64,000 bases of DNA from an uncultured Desulfarculus sp. (GTDB lineage: Bacteria > Desulfobacterota > Desulfarculia > Desulfarculales > Desulfarculaceae), in the NCBI GenBank assembly GCA_963665125.2, contig CAXXUK010000001.1, positions 2,912,001 through 2,976,000 on the forward strand, written 5' to 3'. The number at the start of each line of letters is the position of its first letter. The first letter of the stretch is position 1. Both the position numbers and the translations under genes were made by a program. The notes below the pieces were generated by a model. The model searched no databases and was not told the DNA's origin. It saw only the letters and a program-made list of their open reading frames with translations. This document shows positions 29,712-38,808 of the stretch, in pieces.

Positions 29712-30389
29712 CTAGCTGTAGATTGACCGGAATTGGGGCCACAGCCGCTGGATGGTGCGGTCGTTCATGGTCCGTTCGTTGATTTCGTCGTAACGCTTGG
29801 GGATGTCCCGGAACGGCGACTTCTCGGTGATGGAGATGGCCAGGCCCAGGGCGAAGCCGGTCTCCTTGGGCAGGATACCCATGCGCATGGCCGCCGCCCC
29901 GGCGCTCCAGAACACGCCGTAGTCGATGCCCAGGTTGCGGGCCTGGCTGATCATGCCGTCCAGGCCATAGGCGATGTTGTTGGCCCGGAAGGTGCACAGC
30001 GGGCCGGTGAAGGCCACCGAGGGCTCGGCGGGCAGGCGCTCGGCCTCTTTCTGGTATTCGCAGGTGATGTGGCCGCACATGTTGCAGTTGATGTCGGCCG
30101 GGTCGTTGAGGCAGCGGAGCGATGTGATCAACAGCACCGCGTCGGCGTCCCGGAGCATGACCGCGTCACGGGTGAAAAACTTCCAGGCCTTGTTGTCGCC
30201 GGCCATGTTCTCCACGGCCTGGCAGAGGTCCTCGATATCGCATTCGTCGTCGAGGATGTGGATGGTGCACTCGCCAACGCCGCCGACGCGGGGGCTGGTG
30301 GTGCCCGAGGCCAGGATCAGCCGGGCAGCTATGCGGGCGGCGCTCTGCCGGTCCTCCTCGTATTGTCTTATGCTGCGTTCCTTGCTCAT
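29712..30389 (-). CDS. DUF2148-like ferredoxin-domain protein
   Basis: TSPRVGG, NCNMCGHITC...GPLC, SAGAAA, KSPFRD. Confidence 0.8.
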   Translation of the reverse strand: MSKERSIRQYEEDRQSAARIAARLILASGTTSPRVGGVGECTIHILDDECDIEDLCQAVENMAGDNKAWKFFTRDAVMLRDADAVLLITSLRCLNDPADINCNMCGHITCEYQKEAERLPAEPSVAFTGPLCTFRANNIAYGLDGMISQARNLGIDYGVFWSAGAAAMRMGILPKETGFALGLAISITEKSPFRDIPKRYDEINERTMNDRTIQRLWPQFRSIYS

Positions 30390-30398
30390 GACTGGCTC

Positions 30399-30791
30399 CT
30401 AGATGCTCAGGCCGTTCTTTTGGGCGATGGCCGGGTAGGCCTCGTAGGCGGGCTTCAACAGAGGCATCAGCTTGAGCACCTTGGGCATGGGACCCTTGGC
30501 CTTGATCAGGCCCTTGGCCAGGGCCACCGGCATCTTGATCTGCTTGAGCCAGAACTTGTGGCAGGTGTCGCCGTCCAGGGTCATTTCCACGGTGGCCTTG
30601 CCGTCGTTGGCGCCGCAGACGACCTCGCCGCTGGGCAAGACCCAGAGCTCGCCCGCCGGGTTGTTGATGTTGAATTTGATGCTCATGTTGTCGTCGGCCA
30701 TTTTTTGGGCCATGCCCGGCGCTGCCAGGAGCGTTCGGAATAATTCTCCTAGTACATCATACATTTTTTCGGTGTTTTCAAAGGTGGGCAT
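30399..30791 (-). CDS. SCP2 sterol/lipid-binding domain protein
   Basis: HKFWLKQIKMPVALAKGLIKAKG. Confidence 0.85.
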   Translation of the reverse strand: MPTFENTEKMYDVLGELFRTLLAAPGMAQKMADDNMSIKFNINNPAGELWVLPSGEVVCGANDGKATVEMTLDGDTCHKFWLKQIKMPVALAKGLIKAKGPMPKVLKLMPLLKPAYEAYPAIAQKNGLSI

Positions 30792-30832
30792 CGCGTTCTC
30801 CCTTCAGACTAATTTTTTAAATAATTAGGGGG

Positions 30833-31432
30833 TTAGCACCCCAGGTATCGCTTGATTGCCTGTGAGCAGGCGGTGCGCACCCATTTGGTGGGGTGGCTCT
30901 CGGGGTCCAGGTACCAGCGGATGGCGAAACCGTGATAGATGCTGGAGATGGCCCGGGCCGCTTTGTCGGTGTCGTCGACTGCAAACCGCCCCTGCTCAAC
31001 GCCCTCGTCCAGGGCGCCCTTCAGCAGTTCGATCCAGCTGTCGACCCATTCGGTGAATAGGCGGCGGTATTCCGGATCGCGCACGGCCATGGCCATGCCG
31101 TCGAAGACCATGGGATAGCCGGTTTCCTTGAGCCTTGGTTCGTCGTCGCTGTAGAGCCAGCCGTAGCTGAGCACCTTGTCCAGCGGGTCGTCGAACAGGG
31201 CCATGGTGGTGCGGCCGCGCTCGAAAATGCTATCGAAGTAGGCGCGGTAGGCGGCCATGAACAGCTCGTTTTTGGAAGAGAAATAATAGGCCACACCGCC
31301 TTTGGACAGTTCGGCGGCCTTGGCCACTTCTTCCATGGTCACGTTGGCCGTGCCGTTGGCGGAGATCATGATTGTGGCCGCTTCCAAAATCTGGTTGCGG
31401 CGGATTTTTTCCAGAACTTGATTGGTGGCCAT
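30833..31432 (-). CDS. TetR-family regulator
   Basis: TMEEVAKAAELSKGGVAYYFSSK; BetI-like C-terminal domain. Confidence 0.93.
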   Translation of the reverse strand: MATNQVLEKIRRNQILEAATIMISANGTANVTMEEVAKAAELSKGGVAYYFSSKNELFMAAYRAYFDSIFERGRTTMALFDDPLDKVLSYGWLYSDDEPRLKETGYPMVFDGMAMAVRDPEYRRLFTEWVDSWIELLKGALDEGVEQGRFAVDDTDKAARAISSIYHGFAIRWYLDPESHPTKWVRTACSQAIKRYLGC

Positions 31433-31533
31433 GGGTACTCTCTCCAACTACACGCCGCGCGGGCGGTAAAGATGGATTCAGAGGCCCTGGTGCATGGTCT
31501 CGGGGTGTAAATGCCGTCCTCTTGATGGTGTTA

Positions 31534-31606
31534 TCCGACCGGCTGGACTGAAAACCGACCGGTCAGATTTTTAATAATCGTGCCAAAGTGGGATTTCCAA
31601 AGTCAA
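31534..31606 (-). promoter_or_regulatory. Candidate promoter and tandem TetR operators
   Basis: Minus strand TTGACT-18nt-CACGAT; near-palindromes AAAACCGACCGGTCAGATTT (31551-31570) and TCCGACCGGCTGGA (31534-31547). Confidence 0.55.
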
Positions 31607-31730
31607 TCGAAAATAATAGGAGTACTACAAAAAACTTTGTTCAATCATGGACAAGCTTGATGAACAATGTTTAAGCAGTCAGTTGAAGGGCGTTCAACTC
31701 AAATAATAATATTGAGTATTTGTTCGCTTG

Positions 31731-32585
31731 TTAAAAGCCGAAAATGCGTTTCGCGTTGCCGCTCAGAATGGCCTCGAGATTTTTTCGTGGCAGGCCCATA
31801 TTCAGGAGTTCTTCGAGCTCGTGGGTAAATTCGTGGGGGATGTTGGGGGTGTCGGTGCCGAACATGATCCGGTCGGCGTGTCGGTTCAGAATTTCCGGGT
31901 CGATGTCCAGGGCGAACTGATCGCACAGGACCATGGTGGAATCGAGCATCAGATTGGGGTATTCGCCCAGCAGTTCGCAGAATTCCGGGATCTGGCCGAT
32001 ACCCAGGTGGGGGATGATCAGACGCAGGTCCGGGTGGCGTTCCAGCACCCGGCGCACCCGTTCCACCCCGGAGACGGTACGCACGTCCAGGCCATAGCCG
32101 TTGACGCCACTACCCGAGCTGGGCTCGGTGCCCGCATGAGCATTGAGCAACGCCCCGCGTTCCACGCAGGCCCCAAGGATCGGCTCGAACATGGGATCAT
32201 CAATGGGCAAACCCATGACGTGGTGGTGCAGTTTGACGCCCACGATATTGGGCCTGTCCAGGGCGCGGTTGATGATTCCCGCCGGATCTTCGTCCTGGGG
32301 ATGCACCGCGGCCAGACCGCGCAGGTCCGGCGACCCTCCCACCAATCCGGCCAACATCTCATTGAACGACTCGGCCACGCCGGGCCTGTGGGCATAGACC
32401 AGATAGACCTGGCCCGCCGCGCCGGAAGCGCGCAACAACTCAACGAGTTCCTCGGCTGGAAGCTTGTAGTGGCAGGGCCATGCGTATTCATCGAACCAAG
32501 CCCACATGGCCTTGAACACGGGCAACGGAAAGGCGTGTACATGGGCGTCGATGACCGGGATGTCTGTCAGATCAGTAATGCGCAT
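31731..32585 (-). CDS. Amidohydrolase family 2 protein
   Basis: IDAHVH, GVKLH, HAG, PHLG, MFGTDTP. Confidence 0.9.
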   Translation of the reverse strand: MRITDLTDIPVIDAHVHAFPLPVFKAMWAWFDEYAWPCHYKLPAEELVELLRASGAAGQVYLVYAHRPGVAESFNEMLAGLVGGSPDLRGLAAVHPQDEDPAGIINRALDRPNIVGVKLHHHVMGLPIDDPMFEPILGACVERGALLNAHAGTEPSSGSGVNGYGLDVRTVSGVERVRRVLERHPDLRLIIPHLGIGQIPEFCELLGEYPNLMLDSTMVLCDQFALDIDPEILNRHADRIMFGTDTPNIPHEFTHELEELLNMGLPRKNLEAILSGNAKRIFGF

Positions 32586-32634
32586 TGATAAAGATTACGC
32601 CTGAACATGGTTCATGCAAACGAATTTGAATCAG

Positions 32635-32958
32635 CTAGACGTAGCGGTCCACCACATGAACCGATTCGATGGCCGGAATGTTGCCGTCATGGTCATATTG
32701 GGGCATGCCCAGCAGCTTCACCGGGTGGTGGCCGGTGATGTCCTCGAACTGCTTTGCCGCTTCCTCGTCGTTGCACAGGGCGTGGTGGTAGGCCGAGCCG
32801 TCCTGGCTCTTGAGGTTATAGGAGATGCCGTTGGGCGCGGCCACGTGCATGACCTTCAGTTCGGGATGCACATAGGCCTTGGAGCCGTCGGAAAAGTTTA
32901 TCTGGGCCGTGCGCTGGGCCTCCTGGTTGGTCAGCACGGCCACGCCGTCAAAGACCAT
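32635..32958 (-). CDS. Hypothetical protein
   Basis: GGAGG RBS, host-like codon pattern, no recognised motif. Confidence 0.6.
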   Translation of the reverse strand: MVFDGVAVLTNQEAQRTAQINFSDGSKAYVHPELKVMHVAAPNGISYNLKSQDGSAYHHALCNDEEAAKQFEDITGHHPVKLLGMPQYDHDGNIPAIESVHVVDRYV

Positions 32959-33175
32959 AAGCGCCTCCGTGAAATGGCTTGATTAAAGTTTACACGACAG
33001 CCCGACCAATTGTCTCGGTTTGGCCGAAAAGAGCGCGGTTTGACCGCGGACCAACGCCGCGAGTATCATGAAAATAACAAGGTAACTGTAAATCACGGTT
33101 CAAAACGCCGAAATCAGCGGCAGCAGACAACCAGACGGCTGAGCATCGGGCTCCGGGCCGTTTAGAGGTGCGTGG

Positions 33176-33550
33176 ATGCAAACAAAGCTTGCCAACGCCA
33201 TTATTTGCACTGCGGTGTTTTTCTGCCTGATCACGGGCGCAAAAGCCGCCGCCTTTTGCGTGTTCAACCACTCCGATAAAAAAATCCAAGTTATCCAGGA
33301 GTCCGGCGGCAGCGACTGCTGGGGTTTTTGCCCCTGGCAGGCGGATATCGCTTCCGGAGACAAGTCCTGTTGCAACTGGCAGGACAGCAAGTGCAACAAG
33401 GAAGGGGAAAAAGACTCCATCGTCACCTTCAGTGTGCCCGCGCTTTATGAAGACAATGCCTATTATTGCCGCAGCGTAAAGGTAAAGGCGGGCGGATGGC
33501 TGAGCATCCATGGCTCGGGTCAAAACATAACCTGTGTAGCCCATTACTAA
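33176..33550 (+). CDS. Secreted Cys-rich small protein
   Basis: Signal peptide (AKA/AAA); 8 Cys in the mature part; FCVFN, CCNW..CN. Confidence 0.75.
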   Translation: MQTKLANAIICTAVFFCLITGAKAAAFCVFNHSDKKIQVIQESGGSDCWGFCPWQADIASGDKSCCNWQDSKCNKEGEKDSIVTFSVPALYEDNAYYCRSVKVKAGGWLSIHGSGQNITCVAHY

Positions 33551-33742
33551 GCAGCCCTTCCGGGCGTAACGGACATTAAAGGTTCGACCCGCGGCCGTTG
33601 GCACACGCCCTTACCGCGTTTGCGGCCAATTATCCCTGCGCAACCAACAGGCCATGCTTGCCTGAGACGCGCAAACAGCCCACAATGATCATTACCAAAG
33701 GAAACGGGAAACAACGTCATTTTCCATGGCTGGAGGATATCC

Positions 33743-34648
33743 GTGCAGATCGCCATGATCGGCCTGGGGCGCATGGGCCTGAATATGGCCCGCCGCCTGG
33801 CCAGAAGCGGCCACGACGTGGTCGCCTACAACCGGACCTATGAAAAGGCCCAAACATTCGCCGCCGAGGAAGGCGCCTCGGCCGTGGGCGTGCTGGCCGA
33901 CCTGGCCGACGTCCTGGCCCCGCCCAGGGTGGTCTGGCTGATGCTGCCCGCCGCCGCAGTGGACCAATACATAGAAAAACTGGCAGTCATCCTTGAGCCC
34001 GGCGACATCATCGTCGAGGGCGGCAACAGTTTTTACAAGGAAGACATGATCCGGGCCGGAGAGCTGGAGCCCACGGGCATCCGCTATATGGACGCGGGCG
34101 TCAGCGGCGGCATCTGGGGCCTGGAGGAGGGCTACTGCATCATGGCCGGGGGCGACGCCGAGACGTTCGCCGCCGTGGAACCGGCCCTGGCCTCCCTGGC
34201 CCCCGCCGACGGCTATCTGCACACCGGCCCGGTGGGCAGCGGCCACTTTGTCAAGATGATCCACAACGGCATCGAGTACGGCATGATGCAGGCCTATGCC
34301 GAGGGCTTCGAGCTGATGAAAGACGGCCCCTATGCCCAGCACCACGATTTCGCGGCCATCTGCCATCTGTGGATGCGCGGCTCGGTGGTGCGCTCCTGGC
34401 TCCTGGAGTTGATGGAGCGGGCCTTTGCCGACGACCCCAAGCTGGAGTCCCTGGCCGGGTATGTGGACGACAGCGGCGAGGGCCGCTGGACCGTGAACCA
34501 GGCCGTGGAAACGGCCACCAACGCCCCGGTGATCACCCTTTCGTTGATGAACCGCTTCCGCTCCCGGCGGCAAGAGACCTTTGGCGACAAGGTCCTGGCG
34601 GCCATGCGCAACCAGTTCGGCGGCCATGCCGTGAAAAAGGCCGACTAA
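33743..34648 (+). CDS. gnd: 6-phosphogluconate dehydrogenase, decarboxylating, short type
   Basis: GLGRMG, DAGVSGG, GHFVKMIHNGIEYG, VDDSGEGRW, MRNQFGGH. Confidence 0.95.
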   Translation: MQIAMIGLGRMGLNMARRLARSGHDVVAYNRTYEKAQTFAAEEGASAVGVLADLADVLAPPRVVWLMLPAAAVDQYIEKLAVILEPGDIIVEGGNSFYKEDMIRAGELEPTGIRYMDAGVSGGIWGLEEGYCIMAGGDAETFAAVEPALASLAPADGYLHTGPVGSGHFVKMIHNGIEYGMMQAYAEGFELMKDGPYAQHHDFAAICHLWMRGSVVRSWLLELMERAFADDPKLESLAGYVDDSGEGRWTVNQAVETATNAPVITLSLMNRFRSRRQETFGDKVLAAMRNQFGGHAVKKAD

Positions 34649-34663
34649 ATCCCGGAGGAGCCC

Positions 34664-35404
34664 ATGGCCCGCAAGTTGTTTCTTGTGCCGCTGGTTTTTT
34701 TGTTGTGGGTCTGCCCGGCGGTTGCCGGCCAAGGCCCGGACTATGAGATATGGGCCGGGCTGCTCGAGCGCCACGTCAGCGGCGGAGTGGTGGATTACGG
34801 CGGCTTCAAGGCCGAAGAATCCGAGCTTGACCGCTTTCTGGATTCCATGGCCCGGACGGAGATATACACCCTGGACCGGACGGCCCAAAAGGCCCTGTAC
34901 ATCAACGCCTACAACGCCTGGACCATCAAGCTGATCCTGGGCAAATACCCCGGCGTCAAATCCATCAAGGAGCTGGGCGGCATCTTCTCCACGCCTTGGA
35001 AAAAAAAATTCGTTTATCTGAGCGGCGAGAAGATCAGCCTGGACGACATCGAGCACAAGATCCTTCGGCAGAGGTTCAAGGACCCCAGGGTTCATTTCGC
35101 CATCAACTGCGCGTCCAAAAGCTGTCCGCCGCTGTCGAACCGGCCCTATCTGCCCCAGACCCTGGACGCCCAGCTCGACCAGGCGGCCACGGCGTTCGTC
35201 AACGACCATTGGCGGAACTATATCAGGGACCGGGTGCTGCTTCTGAGCAGCATCTTCAAGTGGTTTGCCGAAGATTTCAACGACGATCCGGCGGGATTTG
35301 TCCTGCAATACGCCACGGGTGATTTTAAGCGGGAATTGGAAGAGATCCATCCCGGCGTCAAGATCATTTATCTGGAATACGACTGGTCCTTGAACGGCAA
35401 ATAA
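34664..35404 (+). CDS. DUF547 domain secreted protein
   Basis: Signal peptide; INAYNA, DPRVHFAINCASKSCP, YDWSLN. Confidence 0.9.
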   Translation: MARKLFLVPLVFLLWVCPAVAGQGPDYEIWAGLLERHVSGGVVDYGGFKAEESELDRFLDSMARTEIYTLDRTAQKALYINAYNAWTIKLILGKYPGVKSIKELGGIFSTPWKKKFVYLSGEKISLDDIEHKILRQRFKDPRVHFAINCASKSCPPLSNRPYLPQTLDAQLDQAATAFVNDHWRNYIRDRVLLLSSIFKWFAEDFNDDPAGFVLQYATGDFKRELEEIHPGVKIIYLEYDWSLNGK

Positions 35405-35415
35405 CAAGGCAAGGT

Positions 35416-36873
35416 ATGGCCAATTTCGACTATGACCTGGGTATCATCGGCGGCGGTGCGGCCGGGCTGACCACGGCCTCGGGCGCGGCCCAACTGGGGG
35501 CCAAGGTCCTGCTCATCGAAAAGGAGCCCCGTCTGGGCGGCGACTGCCTGCACTACGGCTGCGTGCCCAGCAAGACGCTGATCAACAGCGCCCGCGTCTA
35601 TCACCTGATGAAATCCGGCCCAGAGTTCGGCCTGCCCGCCATCGAACCGCCGCCGGTGGATTTCCGGGATATCGCGGGGCGCATCGCCGGGGTCATCACC
35701 GAGATCCAGAAGCATGATTCCGTGGAGCGCTTCTGCGGCCTGGGCGCGAGGGTGGAGTTCGGCTCTGCGAGTTTTGCCGACGAGCATTGTGTGGACCTGG
35801 GCGGCAGGCGCTTCAGCGCGGCAAGCTGGCTGGTGGCCACAGGATCATCGCCCGCCGCGCCGCCGGTTCCGGGACTGGGCGAGGTGCCGTATCTGACCAA
35901 CCGCGACATCTTCAGCCTGGACAGGCTGCCGGACTCGCTGATCATCCTGGGCGCAGGGCCCATTGCCATCGAGATGGCCCAGGCCTTCCGACGCCTGGGC
36001 AGCCGGGTCACGGTGATCCAGCGCTCGGGCCAGATCCTTAGCAGGGAAGACCAAGACATGGCCAATATCATCCAGGCCTGCCTGGAGGCCGAGGGCGTGG
36101 TTTTCAAGCTGGGCGTGGCCATAGAGCGGGCCGAGTCGGCGGGGGCGATTCGCCGGGTGATCGTTGAGGACCACGGCGTGGAGCAGGCCGTTGAAGGCGA
36201 CGCCATCTTGGTGGCCCTGGGCCGCGTGGCCAATGTGGACGGCCTGGGCCTGGACCGGGCCGGGGTGAAATACAGCCCCAAGGGCATCGACGTTGACTCC
36301 CGCCTGCGCACCAGCCAAAAGCACATCTTCGCCGCCGGTGACGTGACCGGCAAATACCAGTTCACCCATGCCGCGGGATACGAGGGCGGCGTGGTCCTGG
36401 CCAACGCGGTGTTTCACCTGCCCCGCCGGGCCGACTACAACCGCCTGCCCTGGTGCACCTACACCGATCCTGAGCTGGCCTCGCTGGGCCTCAATGAAAA
36501 GGCGGCCCAGGAAGCGGGCATCGAATACGAGGTCTGGACCGAACGTTTCGAGGCCAACGACCGGGCCCTGGCCCAGGGGCGCGGCCAAGGCATGATCAAG
36601 ATGCTGGTCAATGAAAAGGAAAAGCCCATCGGCGTACAGATCGCGGGTCCGCACGCCGGTGAGCTTATCAACGAATGGGTGGCCGTGATGGGCGGCAACG
36701 TGGGCCTGGCTACTTTGGCCTCGGCCATCCACCCCTACCCCACCCTGGGCGAGATCAACAAACGTGTGGCCGCCGACCTGCTGCAACCCAAGCTGTTCAG
36801 CCCCCGGATTCAAAAAGGCCTCAAGCTGCTGTTCCACCTCAAGGGCAGGGCCTGCCCGGCCCAAGAGGATTAG
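35416..36873 (+). CDS. Pyridine nucleotide-disulfide oxidoreductase (Lpd/MerA-like family)
   Basis: GGGAAG, GGDCLHYGCVPSK, GAGPIAIE, HPYPTLGE. Confidence 0.9.
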   Translation: MANFDYDLGIIGGGAAGLTTASGAAQLGAKVLLIEKEPRLGGDCLHYGCVPSKTLINSARVYHLMKSGPEFGLPAIEPPPVDFRDIAGRIAGVITEIQKHDSVERFCGLGARVEFGSASFADEHCVDLGGRRFSAASWLVATGSSPAAPPVPGLGEVPYLTNRDIFSLDRLPDSLIILGAGPIAIEMAQAFRRLGSRVTVIQRSGQILSREDQDMANIIQACLEAEGVVFKLGVAIERAESAGAIRRVIVEDHGVEQAVEGDAILVALGRVANVDGLGLDRAGVKYSPKGIDVDSRLRTSQKHIFAAGDVTGKYQFTHAAGYEGGVVLANAVFHLPRRADYNRLPWCTYTDPELASLGLNEKAAQEAGIEYEVWTERFEANDRALAQGRGQGMIKMLVNEKEKPIGVQIAGPHAGELINEWVAVMGGNVGLATLASAIHPYPTLGEINKRVAADLLQPKLFSPRIQKGLKLLFHLKGRACPAQED

Positions 36874-36875
36874 AC

Positions 36876-37523
36876 CTAATCAGCCTCCAGGGCCTCGGTC
36901 AAAAGCTGCTTCAAGCGGTCCAGGGTCACCGGCACGCCCTGCATGGGAATACCCATCCAGTCGGAATAGTCCAGGATCTCCTCGGGGTGCTCGTTTAGGT
37001 ATTGTTCGCACAGGCCGATCCCGTCCAGGACCATGCAGCCGCCGGTGTGCCGGGGGAAGTTCTCGTTGGCCAGGCCCTTGTCCCAGCCCTTGAACACGGC
37101 CTTGCGGAACTTGACCCAGCCCGGCGTCATCCACCAGACCTTTTGCCCGGCGGCCATTTCATCGCGCTCGGCCTCGGAGGCCACCATGTCCATGCAGTGG
37201 GTGGCCCGCACCCGCTTGACCTTGGGGCCCAACTCCTCGATGACCTTGGCCATGGTCCGGGTGGGCTCGTTGGCGTTGACATAGCAGAACTTGCCGCCGT
37301 AGACCACGATGACGCGGTCGAAATCCTGGGCCGCCTTTTTCACCGCCTCGGTGAGCTGGCGCTCCAGCTCGGGGCAGTCCTGGTGCAGTCCAGGCGTGGT
37401 GTAGATGATCTTTCCGGCATTGAGGAAGCCCTCGTCCTTTAGGTAGTTCAATTCCGGGGCCATGGTCCCGCAGGATACAATCGCCGCTCTGCTGAAATCA
37501 GGACTGCTCATAACCGTCTCCAT
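36876..37523 (-). CDS. DUF1638-like protein
   Basis: IVSCGT, PGLH, VVYGGKFC, HCMDM, WMTPGW. Confidence 0.75.
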   Translation of the reverse strand: METVMSSPDFSRAAIVSCGTMAPELNYLKDEGFLNAGKIIYTTPGLHQDCPELERQLTEAVKKAAQDFDRVIVVYGGKFCYVNANEPTRTMAKVIEELGPKVKRVRATHCMDMVASEAERDEMAAGQKVWWMTPGWVKFRKAVFKGWDKGLANENFPRHTGGCMVLDGIGLCEQYLNEHPEEILDYSDWMGIPMQGVPVTLDRLKQLLTEALEAD

Positions 37524-37558
37524 TCAATGGTGCGCGCCGGGCCGCCCCGGCGCGATGC

Positions 37559-38704
37559 TCAGGCCGAATCACCGGCCAACAGTTCGCTTATTTCCACTAT
37601 CTCCAGAGTGCCCTCCAGGTCGGCGGTTTTGCAACTGTCTTCCAACAGGGAGATGCAATACGGGCACGACGTGGCAAGCACCTCGGCCCCGGCCTCGGCA
37701 GCCTCTTTGACCCGCAGCACGCTGAAGCGCTGCTCGGGCAGGGTCTCCATCCACACCCGGCCGCCTCCGCCGCCGCAGCACAGGGAGAAATCGCCTTCCC
37801 GCTCAAGGGGCACCAACTCGGCCCCGGCGGCCCGGATCAGATCCCTGGGCTCCTCAAAGACCCGGCTGTGCCGTCCCAGATAACAGGGATCGTGGAAGGC
37901 CACCTTGCGGCCGTCGGCTCCCCGGAGCTTGAGCTTGCCCTGGGCCGCCAGATGGGCCAGCAGCTGGCTGGAGTGGATTACTTCATATTGGCCGCCCAAC
38001 TCGGGGTAATCCGCGCTGAAGGCCTTGAGGCAGTGGGGGCTGGTGGTGATGATCTTCTTGACGCCCCGGCCGTTGAACAGCTCGATGTTGGCCTGGGCCA
38101 GCTTGCCGAACAGCTCCTCGTCGCCGCTGGCGCGGATGCTTTCGCCGCAGCATGACTCCTCGGCGCCGATGACGCCGTAGGACACCCCGGCGGCGTCCAG
38201 CAGGCCCACCAGGCTGCGGGCGATGTTCTGGCTGCGCTGGTCATAACAGGAGGTGCAGCAGACGAACAGCAGATACTCGGTGTCAGGGCCGTACTGGGGC
38301 ACGTCCAGGCCCTTGGCCCAGGCCATGCGGTCTTCGCGCTTACCGGACCAGGGGTTGCCGTTGGCGTGGCAGGAGCCGCTGGCGGCCTTGAGGGTCTCGG
38401 GCCGGGCCCCGGCCTCGGTGACCATGGCCCGCATGGAGCGCATGATGCCGATGATGTCCACCTCACGGGGGCAGTTGATCACGCACTTTTTGCATGTGGT
38501 GCAACCGAATAGGATGTCCTCGGTTTCATAGCCTTCCAGGCCCAGCTGACCCATGCGGATCATCTGGCGGGCGAAAAAGGGGCTTTCCACCTCGCGCCAG
38601 GGGCAAACAGAGGCGCACAACCCGCATTGCATGCAGGTGTTCAAGTCTTCGCCGCCATAGGCCCGGATGGCCTCGTTTACTTCCAAAAAGGGAATTTCCG
38701 CCAT
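37559..38704 (-). CDS. HdrD-like Fe-S oxidoreductase (2x[4Fe-4S] plus two CCG domains)
   Basis: CMQCGLCASVCP, CTTCKKCVINCP, ESCCGE, HDPCYLGR, CCGGGGG, TSCPYC. Confidence 0.9.
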   Translation of the reverse strand: MAEIPFLEVNEAIRAYGGEDLNTCMQCGLCASVCPWREVESPFFARQMIRMGQLGLEGYETEDILFGCTTCKKCVINCPREVDIIGIMRSMRAMVTEAGARPETLKAASGSCHANGNPWSGKREDRMAWAKGLDVPQYGPDTEYLLFVCCTSCYDQRSQNIARSLVGLLDAAGVSYGVIGAEESCCGESIRASGDEELFGKLAQANIELFNGRGVKKIITTSPHCLKAFSADYPELGGQYEVIHSSQLLAHLAAQGKLKLRGADGRKVAFHDPCYLGRHSRVFEEPRDLIRAAGAELVPLEREGDFSLCCGGGGGRVWMETLPEQRFSVLRVKEAAEAGAEVLATSCPYCISLLEDSCKTADLEGTLEIVEISELLAGDSA

Positions 38705-38808
38705 TGGTGGCTCCTTGGCGCTGACGCGCCCTGAATGAGCGGTGGGCCCGGCTGTCATCGGGCACAAGAGATGCCCAATGACCCCGTGCGTCTTGTCTTG
38801 CCCGTCCG

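Noticed and set aside
31570..31586. TTGGCACGATTATTAA as a sigma54 promoter
   Set aside because: The -12 GC is absent; a sigma70 reading fits better.
35416..36873. Mercuric reductase MerA or true dihydrolipoamide dehydrogenase
   Set aside because: No C-terminal Cys-Cys pair, no mer genes, no 2-oxoacid dehydrogenase neighbours.
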